Assembly (NCBI RefSeq): GCF_006345805.1
Contig: NW_021832227.1
Span: 1 to 64,000 of the forward strand
Reading direction: 5' to 3'
DNA length: 64,000 nt
DNA from: Octopus sinensis
Taxonomy: Eukaryota
Below the pieces are notes generated by a model. That model worked only from the letters and a program-made list of their open reading frames with translations, ran no database searches and was not told the origin of the DNA. The translations under genes and the position numbers were made by a program. Below, piece by piece: positions 34,970-48,200 of this stretch. Numbering within the stretch: position 1 is the first letter of the stretch; the number at the start of each line of letters is the position of its first letter.

Positions 34970-37830
34970 GCCTTTTCAATTCCAAGCCTATTTCGTACAT
35001 TCGAATTTAGGAATCCAAAAGTCGAAAAAATTCGTTTTATTCCACCTGTTGAAGCGGCTGCTCCAAGAATTTTTTTTGAAGAGTGAAATTTTTTTATGAT
35101 TCCCAGGTCCATTGGCTGGACCAAGCCTGTACTATTTCGCGGTATAAACATGATTTCAATATTAGACAAATTTTCTGGTATGCGATTTATTTATTTATTA
35201 AATCACCAAGACCACGCTAAAAACCGAACAAATGTCACGTGATCCCGATACACTCAACCAGGGACCTCATCCTCGCTCGGTGGTCTTTCCACGAGCCCAC
35301 ACAAGATCGCACAGGGCGGCAGGCCGTTTTTGGCGGAGCAGTCGCTGACGGGCCCAGGTTCAGTTTGATGAGGTCTTCCAAAGAGGCTGGACCGGGGCGT
35401 TGGCTATCATGTGACCAACGATCGGTTAATCTGAGGGCCCTTTGTTGGGCCTCCTCGATTCGCCTCCTGTTGGACCACGATAGCCGCGGACCCCATGATC
35501 CGCAAGCGTACGCAACACAGGGTTCGAAGTACTGGCGGTAGATATTCGCCAGTACCGGGTGCGACCCGTTTTTCCAAATACCAGATAGAGTTCGCAGAAT
35601 GTTCAGTTTATGTTCGCATTTGCGAAGGAGGTTGTCCACATGAGGGGAGAAACAGAGGTGCATGTCGAGGGTTACCCCTAGGACCGTCTGACTCCTGCAG
35701 AAGGGAACGGAAGTATTGTTAAGCTTTAAGTCGACAGACGTCCTTCCCAATCTTTTATCCGAGGTGAAAAGTGACGTGGCGGACTTCGCCGCGTTTACCA
35801 CGAGCCGGTTTTCCGTCAGCTATAGGTTCAGCCGATCCAAGTTAGCTTGGAGCCTTTCAGAGGCCTTCTGGATGTCCCGGTCCCGTGAGGCTAGCACGAT
35901 GTCGTCCGCGTATGAGAGAACAATGTCATTGTTGTCGAGGGAGTGAGGGAGGTCTTCCAAAAATAGGTTGAAGAGAGCCGGGGATAAGGGGGATCCCTGA
36001 AGTACTCCGTTGGGTAGAAGACGAGATTTTGACTTCAGACCACCGAGGCACACCCTTCCCCTTCGTCCACTTAGGAAGTTGGTAATCCATATTTTTAGCT
36101 TCAGAGGAAAGTCGGATTGGAATATCTTCCTTGAGAGGAGCTTCCTCGAGACGAAATCGAAGGCTTTATGGATGTCGACGGAGCAGAGCACGGTCTTTTG
36201 GTGCCTCGGTTTGCTGGCAAAACCGGTACAGATGAAGTTTGACAAGGATTGGAGGTACGAAGACGTGGACTTCGCCTTCTTAAAACCATGTTGAAAATGT
36301 CTTTCGGGTAAGAAAGCTTCTATTCTGCCAAGAACCAGTCTTTCCAGGATTTTCGACATCGAGCATAACAGGGAAATCGGCCTGAAAGAAGCCGGGTCCC
36401 CTCTTGGTCTTCCAGGCTTCAGTATTGGCCTTATTAAGGCCTGTTTCCATAAAGCCGGAATTACGTTGTTGTTAATAGAATGGTTGAAGATTGCTGTTAG
36501 AAATCTGACACCTTCGGCACCAAGGTTTTTTAGTAGGATCACCGGGATTTTGTCCGGGCCGTGAGAGAAAGAAGGTTTTGTTGAGTGCAAGGTATCTTCC
36601 ACCTCCTTTACCGAGAGGAGAAGCGGTTCAGCCCGTTTTTTAGGCTTCTGTTGGAGGGGAGTGAGTCGGATTTCCTGTGATCTTTATGTGCATTTTTTGC
36701 ATAGAAATTCATGAGGTTGTTCACGTCTTTTTTATCAAAATCTTCGAAAGGTTCGGGAGCGTCCCCCCTGGCCACGTGCCGAATGGCTTTCCACACTTCA
36801 CTTGTTGAACGATTGCGGTTCACGGTAGAAAGAATTCGATTCCATTTCAAATAGGTGTGTTTGAGTTCATTGGACTTCAGTTCCTTGTTTAAGTGACGGA
36901 TGCGGGTAATTATGTCAGAAGACATCGGTTTGACCTTTTGAGGCGATTTCTCTCCTTGGCCAGACCGGATATCCTTCGACTACAAGCAGCGTGAGGAGGA
37001 CGTTTAGGAATAGCCTTTGCTCTTGCTTCCAGAATGATCTTCGAGAAGAAGCCAATGGCTTTGTCCAGAGAGCTAAAGTTGCAAAGATTGCAATTTTTTA
37101 GTCTCGTGTTCAATATCTCTTGGAACCGTGGCTAGTTGGCCGCTTTGTAATTGTAAGGAATTGGAACTTTCCTGGTGAAAACTTCTCTTTTGATCTTCAC
37201 CGTTATCGGGTTGTGATCGCTTCTCGTTTCATAGAAGACTGACCACTCCGTAGATGATGCCAGAGAAGGAGAGCATAATGTTACATCGGGTGACGTGGGT
37301 TTGTCGGACCCTCTGAATGGGGTTCTTGTGTTTCTCAAAGGGTCGTTCAGGATGGTTAAGGAATCCAATTGGGAAATTAGAGATTTCCCTCTCGTATCCG
37401 CCAACTGATTAGAGAGCCAAAGGGGATGTTTTGCGTTGAGGTCACCGCATAAGATGACCCCGTCTGTCCGTGCAAGATTGGAGAGAGTAGGGAGGCAATA
37501 GCTCCTTGGACAAAATCCGGGAGGTGGGATGTATATATTGACGAGTAATAAACGGCCCTTCGATGTGCCAAGCGAGATTCCGATTAACTCGGAAACTTCG
37601 TCAGCCCCGATGATGTTCCTCCCTGAGCGTTTCCAAATGCGTCTGAATTGCAAGATTCAAGCGAGTTGGTGAACCACATAACGCCACGCCAGTCTATTGA
37701 TAAAATTAGATGGGAAGGACAGTTATCCAGAATAAGCAAAATTTGTTTTCTTAGTCTGGACACATCGAAAGAGTGTTATATTAGTGAATTGGTAGATTTT
37801 CTCGAAAATATAAATAAAATTCATATTTAT
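34970..37830 (-). mobile_element. pogo transposase DDE remnant split by the LINE insertion (34970-35185 and 37709-37830)
   Basis: The flanks rejoin in frame as ILLILDNCPSH-RIPENLSNIEIMFIPRNSTGLVQPMDLGII. Confidence 0.72.
35186..37708 (-). mobile_element. 5'-truncated APE-type LINE (APE, RT and C-terminus; frameshifted) with (TAAA)n tail
   Basis: APE motifs VNIYIPP, CGDLNAKH, SPDVT and SDHNPI. RT motifs GPDKI, FRPISLL, QHGF, VDIHKAFD, GVLQGSPLSPALFN and YADD. Confidence 0.92.
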
Positions 37831-38559
37831 TAAAATTATTACACTATGGTTAACCTATTGTAAAGGTAATCCTAATAAATTATAACACGCTGATACACGT
37901 GGTTGGTTTAGTTTGTTAGTATTTTATGTGTACTTTTCTACATTCTTATTTAATTTGATTTGTAAGGAATAAATCTTTATGAACTTTCATTTCCTGATTT
38001 CAGAATTTGAAATTTTATCATTTATATCATTTATTTCGATTTTATTCCTTCAAAGTCAATCTCTTTTGTTATTTTGACATTTTTATATTGGTTTTTGTAT
38101 ACCTTTTCGATTTTTTTACTTTATCTTTATTCTTATTTATCTATTAAAAATCACGAAGTTTCCTTTTGAAGTTTGATCAACCCTTTCACATTAACTTGGG
38201 TAGCACCTAGACCAGGGGTCGGCAAATACTTTTGGAGAAAGCCTTAATAGCCAATTTTGGAAATTTCGAAAAATTGAAAAACTGGCAATATTTGCAGTCA
38301 TGGCATTGTGATGCCAATATTTAAACGCGGAATTCTCGATCTGATAATTCTTTGCAATTCTTCTACAGCTTTCTTTCGCGAATCACCAATTGGATATTTT
38401 TTGCGAAATTTGAATGTTTTGTGTTAAAGTGTCTCTATAAATTTCACTTTTTATTTTGATTCAAAGTTTCCTGGCAAATGAGACATTTTGGTAGTTGTTC
38501 TGAATTAGACGTGAATGCACAAGTTTCAGTCCATTATCGATTTTTTATTAATTTTTTTA

Positions 38560-39690
38560 TTGCTACTAGGTCACCGCACACATGGGTGTTAGTCGCCGAC
38601 TTGTTGTAGTTGAACTCCTGACCAACGGCCGTCATGAAACCTTTCAAGGCTTTGCCCATCGAGTGGAGAATCTTTGAAGACCAAGCGAACAGTTTAATGT
38701 CGTTTATGAACATGAGCTGGTTGGTGCTAAAACACCCTCCATCATGCTCGATCGATATTTGTTCGAATTGGGCAAGAGGTTCTACTTAACCTCGCCTATA
38801 TCGCATTTTTTTGTGAAGAGAACACAATAAAACAAAGAACTAAAGAAACAATAATTTTTCCTCTAATTGTGAAATTAATTGAAGATTGTCAATTGGATCC
38901 GAGGAAATTAGTTTCAATTTTAACTGATGGTGTTTTTTATGGTTGTCAGTAAAACTGGTTTTCTTGGACTTTTGTACACCTTTTTGAATTTTTTTACTTT
39001 ATCTTTATTCTTATTTATCTATTAAAAATAACGAAGAATCAAAAAAGGATAAAATAAAACAAAAAATCTATCACTAGCAGATATCAATCCAAGACGAGTC
39101 AATTCCTGAAAGCATGAAAGGAGGAATTAAGGAGCTGGTCCAGAAGTACGGAATGGAACAATTTCCACGAATCCTTCCAGATAAAGCTCTTTTTTGATAC
39201 AGACTAGACTAAAAAACTATTCCTATGGTATTTTTTGATTTGGCAAACATCGTGTCCGATCGAAAACATATCCTCTTTACTGAATTATGGCAAGAATCTG
39301 TCATCTTAAACATAACAACAAATTAAATACACAAACTAGATTGATTTTGAAGAGGGAAATTGTTTTAGAAATTAGTATTTTGACTTTCACAAGGCTATAA
39401 TACAGCGATTTTTATTGAAAATGCCGCGCATTATCGATTTTTTATTGATTTTTTCTATTGCTACTGGGTCACCGCACACATGGGTGTTAGTCGCCGACTT
39501 GTTGTAGTTGAAGTCCTGACTAACGGTCATCATTAAACCTTTCAAGGTTTTGCCCATCGAGTGGAGAATCTTTGAAGACCAAGCGAACAGTTTAATGTCG
39601 TTTATGAACATGAGCTGGTTGGTGCTAAAACACCCTCCATCATCCTTGATCGATATTTGTTCGAATTGGGCAAGAGGACTTTACTCAGCG
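38560..39690 (-). mobile_element. Two near-identical R4-like RT fragments (38560-38790 and 39400-39680)
   Basis: NQLMFINDIKLFA...GQEFNYNKSATN, a decayed YxDD region. Confidence 0.55.
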
Positions 39691-40189
39691 GTTCTACTTA
39701 ACCTCGTCTATATCGCATTTTTTGGTGAAGAGAACAAAACTAAAAAAACAAAGATTCTTCCTCTAATTGTGGAATTAATTGAAGATTGTCAATTGGATCC
39801 GAGGAAATTAGTGATGGTGCTTTTTATGGTTGTCAGTAAAACTGGTTTTCCTGGACTTATGAATAAATGGAGATGTGATAATAACTGAACTTCAATATTA
39901 TTGTGTCGTTACATTATACATCAGGAAAATCTAATTTCTAAAAATATAAAAATGGAAAATGTTTATTTTGTTGTAATAGGAATCGCTAATTGGATTCGGA
40001 CGAACGTTTTGAATCACCGAAAATTTAAAACATTTTTAACTGAAACGGATTCGGTCGATGGCAATGTTTTTCTTTTTTTAGTAGTGAGATGATTAAGCTG
40101 TAGCTCAAGTCTCAGAAAGTAAATTTCTTTTATATATTTTTTTTACAAAAATAAGGAACAATAAGGAAGTGAAAAGATAGCTAAGCTAA

Positions 40190-40350
40190 TTACTGGCCTT
40201 ACGAGACACCCGGCCAGCCTCGCGAATGGCGAAGCCGTTCCCTCAGATCACAGCAATCGACAGACGTTCCAGGAGCCAAGAATACTCTCTTGGATCGTGG
40301 CTAGTCCTTGAAATCCGTCGGCCGAGCGAGCGAAGGAAGCGGAGTGTCTT
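40190..40350 (-). mobile_element. CRE 3' remnant
   Basis: SLGRRISRTSHDPREYSWLLERLSIAVI*GN. Confidence 0.7.
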
Positions 40351-40733
40351 GGGGCTTTTATATTTATATATAAATTTTATCAACTTCTTCCTGAAATTAT
40401 TTTATTAACTGAAAATAAAGTTGACAATACACTATTGAAAGACAAAGGATGGGTAGCAGATATAGCATTTTATGTTGATATATCTGTACATCTGTCTACA
40501 ATGAATGTCGAAGTACAAGGCTAAAATAAGCTTAATTATCAAATTTAGGATATATTGATGCATTCGCTAAGAAATTACGTTTATGAAAAACGCAGATATC
40601 CACTAAAGAATACATACATTTCATATATTTGTAGGAAAATTTCTTAGGTGGTTCAACTGAAAAATATTTAAAAATAATTGAAGATTTAATATCACAATTT
40701 GAAGAAGGATTTCAGGTATTAGTATTTAATTCA

Positions 40734-41540
40734 GGGGTGTCAAACTCATTTGGCTTCAGGGGCTCTATTTATAATAATTTTTCATAAAGGAAAGATTATT
40801 TATTTTAGTATAAAACCAAGAATAAGGAAATCGAAATATTTAATCACCATCTTTTAATCGTGTTTGGACCTACTTCTACATCTGTTTTAATACAATTTTG
40901 GATATATCGGACTCAATTGTTTGTGTAGTCCCGACATTAATTAAAGCCGAGAAATTTTCATCTGTGACTCGTGTTCTATTAACAGTTTTTGTTAATTTCA
41001 TAAATGAAAAAAGTTGTTCACACACATATGTCGAATTAAACATAACCGATTGAGTTCCTCTGCAAAAGGAGGAGAAGGCGTTTCCGGGTTACGGTTGGGT
41101 CATCAGAAGATCATGTAAGAAGAATCCGGCTGTTGTTGGAGGCAGGGATCACCTAATTAGTTAGTTCTGACCTATCTTTCTCGGTGATCTTGGAGTTAAT
41201 AAATAATAATTATTATTTTAGCAACAAAATTTCTAAAGATTTTCAGGAAGATGCGTAAAGAAAGTAGGTATTCCAGCCTTCAAATATTTAGCCTTTCGTA
41301 TAGAATCCGATTGGATCTCAAACAATTCCATTTGAAAACTTATCTGCATTGAAAGGATTGAAAGAGAATGGTGCCGTGAATAATGAAAATTCATGTTCAA
41401 AAGACGAGAAATTATTGAATCTTTCCTGAAATTCTTTTAAAAACAAATCCAGTTTTCTTTCATAGGTGTAAAAATTCATTGCAGTATGTACAAATAATAA
41501 GCCAGGATTTAACTTTTCTATTTCATTTCGTAATTTAGCA
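40734..41540 (-). mobile_element. hAT (SPIN-like) 3' remnant
   Basis: TIR CAGGGGTGTCAAACTC and hATC remnant FNSTYVCEQLFSFMK. Confidence 0.65.
41065..41215 (+). mobile_element. LINE 3' end nested in the hAT
   Basis: EDHVRRIRLLLEAGIT* is homologous to the C-terminus of the 35-kb LINE (KDHRARMRSLVECIGIT*). AATAA tail. Confidence 0.55.
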
Positions 41541-41596
41541 GCAACTCAAGAATGTCGTTTAAAGTTTAGAAAAAAAAAATTTATTATAAAAAAATA

Positions 41597-41877
41597 TTAT
41601 TCTGCCTTAGCCCTTTTTCCGGCTTCGTTTTCTTTGTTTTGGTAGGTCCTTATAAACTGTGCATCCACCAATTTATCAAGTACTTCTTGATAACCGACCT
41701 AAATTGTTATAAATTGTAATCATACCCCCATTCCTCCCTTATTCCTTTTAATGGTGACCAGTTCGGTTCGCCCTTGATTGTTTTTTCCTAGACCCGAACC
41801 TTTATATTTTATAATTTATAACACAAACCTTCTTTCCAGCCATATTTTTCCAGGAATTTCTTTGAGGAGAAAACCAT
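41597..41877 (-). CDS. Small G-patch protein (GPATCH4-like N-terminus, 74 aa); exons 41877-41829, 41799-41726, 41698-41597
   Basis: Spliced KFLEKYGWKEGSGLGKNNQGRTELV...GGMGVG (G-patch). Introns are 29 and 27 nt. Confidence 0.8.
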
Positions 41878-42204
41878 TTGTGCATATTTTATCGCAGTTT
41901 TATTTATTTATACAGTTTTTCTATAATTTACTTCCTTCCACGTTGTTTATAATTTCCTTCCTTCTACGTGTTTCCTTTTTATAATTTCCTTCCTTCTTAG
42001 TAAAATTTAACAAATTTAATTTTAGTAGTAAATTTACTTTTTTAGTAAAATGCAGGGACTCGGCGGTCTTTATCTACCCTCTACTAACAGCCTCTTTTTA
42101 AATAAATATTTTTATTTCCTTTCTTCCACGTGTTGTACAACATATCATGCAAAAAAAACTTTAATCAATTTTACTTTTTTAGTAAAATTTAACAAATCAG
42201 AAAA

Positions 42205-42420
42205 TTCACGCCGCACCGTTATATCTTTGCCCCGATCGCAGTGGAGACGTCGGGAGTCCTCGGTCCCAGGACTAAAAAATTCCTTATTAAACTGGGGGAC
42301 CTGAAAAGCAGAAGGAGAAACGATCATCGAAAACAGACATGGCTTTTCCAACGCATATCAACAGCCATCTTGCATGGGAATTGGCATTCCATCTTATCCT
42401 CTGCTGCTAATTAAATACTA
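42205..42420 (+). mobile_element. CRE 3' fragment
   Basis: RYIFAPIAVETSGVLGP...WLFQRISTAILHGN. Confidence 0.8.
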
Positions 42421-43118
42421 ACTAACACTTTTTGATTGGGTAAAAAAATTAACTGTTTAAAAAAACATTCAAGTGTATGGTGCCTTACTTAAATAATCAA
42501 GTAATTATAATTTATAAATTCAATACACTTATATAACATCGCACACATGCACAAAAATATTTTAACTTTTTCTCTAAAATTTTTTTCCTTAAAAATTCCT
42601 GGATTTTGTTAAATTTCAGTTTTTAGAAAATCTTAATTAGTGTCCATAAGTCAACTGAGAGTAGTTTTAAAAAGCTTTGTTGAGATGGGGATATGTCATT
42701 CCTAACCAAACAGTTCAATACAATTAGGACTGACTTTTGAATTGTGAATCTGGAACAATTTACCAGAATTTAAAGAAAATTGACGGCATTATTTTTTATA
42801 AAGATTGAAATTAGCCTTTTTTAAACTAATTTCTGTTGAAAATTTTTTTTAAGTTTCCAATGTAATTTCTTTAAACTCACAATTTATGTAATTTTGCCTT
42901 TTCAACTTATTTCAGTTAAATAATATTTTTAAATTGATATAATCACGTTTCTGAATATATTTAAATATTAAATTCTATTTGTGACTTTGGAAACGACCGA
43001 AATTTCAGAATCATAATCGGATCGTCATACTCGGCAAAATATATTTATCTATTATAAATATTGTATTAATATATATTTAAAATAATAATATTTTTATTAC
43101 TCCTTGTTGTAGTTTATA

Positions 43119-43442
43119 ATGATTCGAAATTTACTCCACTTTGGAGACCATCTCCGCCTGATTAAACAAAGAAAAAGAAATCTAAATTTTGATGTCAAGT
43201 ATTAAACAAACCCTATTTTATCTGATAGATGGTTTTACCGAAAACCAGTCGAAGCCAGTCCTTCCGAAGAACGCATAGCCAGCATAGTAATGACGAGTGT
43301 TTGGTGGTGGATTTTACACCAATTTTATTGGCATCCGGATGCTGTTTTTGTAGAATTGTTATTTTTTATATTTAAGGGTGAGTTTCCTTATCCTGACCCT
43401 TCTCAGTGGACGGACGAGGAATTGGGGATACCTCCTGAGTAG
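43119..43442 (+). CDS. NDUFB2: NADH dehydrogenase 1 beta subcomplex subunit 2; exons 43119-43198, 43229-43349, 43377-43442 (88 aa)
   Basis: [37 protein letters not shown] is the diagnostic C-terminus. Introns are 30 and 27 nt. Confidence 0.93.
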
Positions 43443-44467
43443 TTCACTCGGTCTAATAACTAACATTCTTTTTTAATTATTTTTTAGTTTATTTGATTTT
43501 TAATTATTATTGTGACCGGTTTAGAGCCGTCACTAATTTTTTAATGAAAATCAATCAATTAATTCCTATTTTTAAAATGATTAGTAATTTTAAGAATTTT
43601 AAATTATTCACATATTTTTATTTTCTTAACAATTTATTTCAGATAGAAAAGAAATAAATTTTTACTCACGCTAGTTGTCTTGTTATAAAGTTTGGCCATT
43701 TTACTCTGCCACAAATTTATTGAAAATGTGCACCTCAAAATTTCCATCCTGATCCTGATAGATTTATTTCTCTTTTAAAGAATCTAATATACGGATTTTG
43801 CAGAATATTGTTTGATTTAGTTGATCTACTCCATTACTCAAATTTCAATGAAAATTATTGCTGGTTTTGGTTGGATTGGATTCTTTTTCCAAAATTTTGT
43901 TGGAAAAAGGCCTCTAAAGAGTAAATCCGCTATGAAGGTGTAATTTCAATAAAGAGTATCATGTTTGAAAAACCATTAATTTGCACACAGACAACGATAG
44001 GAATTGTAAATGAAAAATGTTGGAGTCGTGCCAAACATATTCAATAAAACACGTCAGGGGCGTCCCAGGTGTCATCGGACACAGGGACAAGTCGAGCTTC
44101 TGAATCAGACTTTGAAGTTTATGTTTTCTTCTTTTCAGCACTCAACAACACTTCATTCAAATTGATGTTTGGAGCTTCTACCGATGAAACCATAAATGAT
44201 CATTATTCTGAACAGGAAATGAATAAAATATTCCAGCAAATTAATTCGTGAAATGAAGAAACACAAACAGAAGCGACTGAATATAGCATCTATAAACTGG
44301 AAATTGAACCATTTTGCTTGTTTTTGGTTATTAAATGAAACTATGAAAACGAAAGCAATTTCAAATTTAGACAATGCGAAGGAAAATTGGTATGAAAAAG
44401 AGTGTGTAAAAATGGTATTCCTTTTTAAATTCAACATCTGTGATCGAGTTGTCAGAATGGTGTAGGC

Positions 44468-46511
44468 CAGTGATTCTCAAGCTTTTTGCTCAGGGCCGCA
44501 AATTAAAAAAAAAAATTTACAGGGGCCGCAAATAATTTTTAAGAATTATTTATTAACCAAATAATCAAAATTAGGTTTAATTCTACTTGTTGAAGTACGT
44601 AACAAATCACTCAGATGAGTATAGTCAATCTGCTGCGAAACTTTGTTTTAATTCGAACGAGTTTACTAAATGTCGATTCGCAGACATATGTTGATCCAAA
44701 CATTGCTAAAATTTTCTTTGCATTATTGACTAAATCGGAAATCGGTTCTCTGGAATTCTCGAATAAAAGTCAATTATTGAAATGTTGTTGAACAAACTTT
44801 TCAGTTCAACATCATTTTGCAAATCAATCAATTCCAGTTGGTAAATCCGGAAACCTCCTCACTTTTCATAATTAATGGAGATGCAAATAATCTCATTGAA
44901 TTTGCACCTTCTTTAAAGCTCTGTCAGCTTAAATAAATACTAAAAACCTGAAATCTTGCATCAAATTGCAAATTTAATCTTCAATTATTTTTAAATATTT
45001 ATCAGTTGAGCCACTTTCGGAATTTTCTGACAAATAAGGAAAATGTGTGTAATCATTATTTGATATCTGCGCTTTCCATAAAATTAATTTCTTAACGAAG
45101 GCATTTTATATCCATAAATTTGATAATTTAGCTTATTTTCCCCTTGTAGTTCGACATTTAGGGCAGACAGATGCACCGATAGATCCACATAAAATGCTAA
45201 ATCTGCTACCCATCTATTGTCTTTCAATAATGCATTGTCCACTTTATTTCAGTGAATAAAATAATTTCAGGGAGAAGTTGATAAAATCTAAATATAAAAA
45301 TAAAAGAAATTAACTTTTGAGACAAGAGCTACGGCTTAACCATCTTACTACTGAGAAAAGAAGGACATCGCCATAATCCGAATCGGTTTCAGTTAAAAAT
45401 GTTTTAAATTTTCGGTGATTCAAGGCGTTCGCCCGAATCCAATTGACAATTTTATCACTACTTCAGAAACATTTTCCATTTTAATATTTTTGGAAATTAG
45501 GTTTTCCTGATGAATAATGCAATGATGCCATAATACTGGAGTCCAGTTATTATCACACCTCCATTTATTCATACGTCCACGAAAACCAGTTTTACTGCCA
45601 ATCATATAAGGGGCTCCATCAGTTGAAATTGAAACTAATTTTTTGGATCCAGTGATAATCTTCAATTAATTTCACAATTGGAGAAAAAATCTGTGTTCCT
45701 TTAGTTTCTCCGTGAAGTGAATTCAATGAAAAAAAATTCTTCGTATACTCGAAAGTCAGATGTTACTCCCCTTATAAACACTACTAATTGTTCGATATCT
45801 GAAATATCTTTGGAACAATCAAGCGCAAAAGAATAATATTGAAAATCTTTACAAATTCTAAAAATTACAAAAAATTTGCATACTGTAAAAGTTCGTTAAT
45901 CAGATTATCAGATATATCACTGACTCTTTTAGTAACAGTATCGTTACTTAGAGGTAACTTTTGTGCAATATCCAAAACGGTGGTCGAACAACATTTTGAC
46001 GTAAATATTTCAATTTATTTAATTTGCCATCAGAATAAGGTTTCATATTTTTAGCCAATAGGCAACTAATTTTGTATGATGCCAGGTTAATATTAGACGA
46101 ATATGCGGCACTTTTAAAAGTTGTAAATAATCTTTTATTTTTTTAGATTTTCGTCCGAGACACACCAGTGAATGTGTCATAAAGAATAGAGTGGAAACGG
46201 TAATGCCGTTCGATTGTATACGTTTTTAGAGTTGCAATAATAGAATGGCATATTAGGCAAAGAGCCTTTCCATTGATCTCAATAATGAAATATTTTTCTT
46301 CCCAGATGTGTTGAAAAATCCTATTTTCCTCGGAAAGTTTTCGACAACGTTTAGAATCAGACATCACAACAACAAATAAAAAACGTGACATTTTTTATTC
46401 ATAAAATTAAAAATATTAAATTAAAAAATAAAACATTTATAAAACCTAGGGGCCGCAAATTAAATCCTAGGGGCCGCATGCGGCCCCAGGGGCCCGACTT
46501 GAGAATCACTG
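44468..46511 (-). mobile_element. Degenerate hAT (SPIN/GTF2IRD2-like), both ends present
   Basis: TIRs CAGTGATTCTCAAG and CTTGAGAATCACTG, TSD GTGTAGGC. Motifs WEEKYF...LCLIC, STDGAPYM, HCIIHQENL and FGSTYVCE. Confidence 0.9.
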
Positions 46512-46949
46512 GTGTAGGCTAACAATAATAAAAAAACACGTAAAAGTGCCCTAAATAAACACATTGATACATAAACATATCATGTTAAAGCAAAGCCAGA
46601 ATAGCTTAATCATAATCTAATGAAATTTATATTATCAAAAATAATGTAGTGAATAATTTGACTAGCATGAAGAAAACTTGTAGTAATTTTAAACGCCGAG
46701 TTGTAAGATTTTCTTACAAATTAATTTAAATAAGATTAGTTAAGTGATAACAAAAACTAAGATCTTACATTATTGTCAAAAATGATCAAAAAAAGTTGTT
46801 TAGCAATTTAGGCTCTCCACTACCCTTTGACTTTTTGAATCGGTATATTGAATGATTTAGTTTCGAATAAAGTGGAAACTGTCTGGATGATAAATAAAAA
46901 GTACAGTATTTTTATTATAAGCAAGGAATTAAAAATTAGATTAATTAAA

Positions 46950-48200
46950 ATTTTCAATTTACTGGTCCTGGGCCTCCCTGAACAGGGCCATCACCTTTCG
47001 TGATCCTCTTGCTATTATTTTGCCTTTCCTCAGAGTATTCGTTTTCTGTCACCTTATCATGTCTCCTTTTCATTGAGTTAGCTCCACTTTGTTGAGTGTT
47101 TCACACTAAATAATCTTTGTTGAGAATCTATTCTTTAGTCATTACGTCTTCGAAATCATGTTTATATTCTACAAATATTCATAATACTTGAGGCGATCGC
47201 ATCCCAGGTAATAACAATCGGAAGTATTTTGGCTTTGTAAATTATTTCTAATTCACTTGCCAGAATATAAATTATCCATACACGTCGCTCCAATTTCCAT
47301 TAGCTATATCCGGTTTAATTCTTTGTTTTATATGAAAATGTCCGGCTTGTTATTTTGAATTTTAGATTTGGTAGGAATAGTAGTATCAAGGAATAGTCTT
47401 ATTTCAGCACGATCGATGGTAATTATGGTTTGAATAGAGTGATTTTTTGAATCCAAATTTTCTGCATAGGTGTATGCATTTAACAATTTTGTTTTGTCGC
47501 CTTGTATAATCAGATTTACGCATTCTATTGTATCGAGTTGTCAAATGGTAGAATGTCTTATTAGAAATTTTGCAATCAAGCTTGCAGAAGAGAATATTCT
47601 TGTTTTGCAGAAGGAAAAACATGGCTTCAGATTTAGGAGAAATATTTCTTTTTACAATTTATTTTGAAAATGTCTATATATCGAAAGTCTCATTTTCAAG
47701 TGATTCAAATAATTTTGAATGGACAGTTTTCTTTTTGATAGCTTATAAGAAAGAGACAAAAAAAAGAAAGACACTCAATTTGCAGACTCTTTAGTGTCTG
47801 GGTTGATTCATATTTTATTTGCAAGAATTCTGTGATTGTGGCCATATGTGACTTTCTTTGTTGTTCAGCCCACACAATTCCTGCACTCCTCAGAGAAGTA
47901 AATTTTCGCCTTTCCAGACTTTTTTGAAATCGAGCAAAATTTTCTCAGCTTTGAAGGTGATTGATATCCACCTCCTTCCAAACATATTCCTCGGTAAGTA
48001 AAGTCTTTTTTTGTAAGCTGGTTTCATATGCACATTCAAATTCATAAGTATCTTTTTAACTAATTTATCAATTTCTTCAAATTCACAGGGTTCCAAGTCA
48101 ATGAGACAAATATAGTAATTGCAATGATAAAGCATGTTCATTGATTGCTCTAAATAAATTGACTGAGTTTAATTTAGTTTCCGATAACTTTTCAATACGA
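46950..48200 (-). mobile_element. R4/Dong-like RLE retrotransposon 3' half
   Basis: RLYLPRNMFGR, HLTTRY...DYTRR...VKCIHLC (CCHC region), NNKPDIFI and PIVITWD. Confidence 0.72.

Larger units (their letters stand above)
38215..40700. mobile_element. Rearranged SPIN/GTF2IRD2-like hAT fragments with local duplications
   Basis: TIR CAGGGGTCGGCAAA at about 38215. Remnants CRYIIHQENL, NHRKFKTFL and IAFYVDI are related to 44468-46511. Blocks near 38090-38960 and 38980-39900 are duplicated. Confidence 0.6.

Noticed and set aside
44069-44465. Host genes in overlapping ORFs at 44.0-44.5 kb
   Set aside because: The frames are broken. At best this is a decayed MULE SWIM-like remnant cut by the hAT, which is not supportable as a feature.
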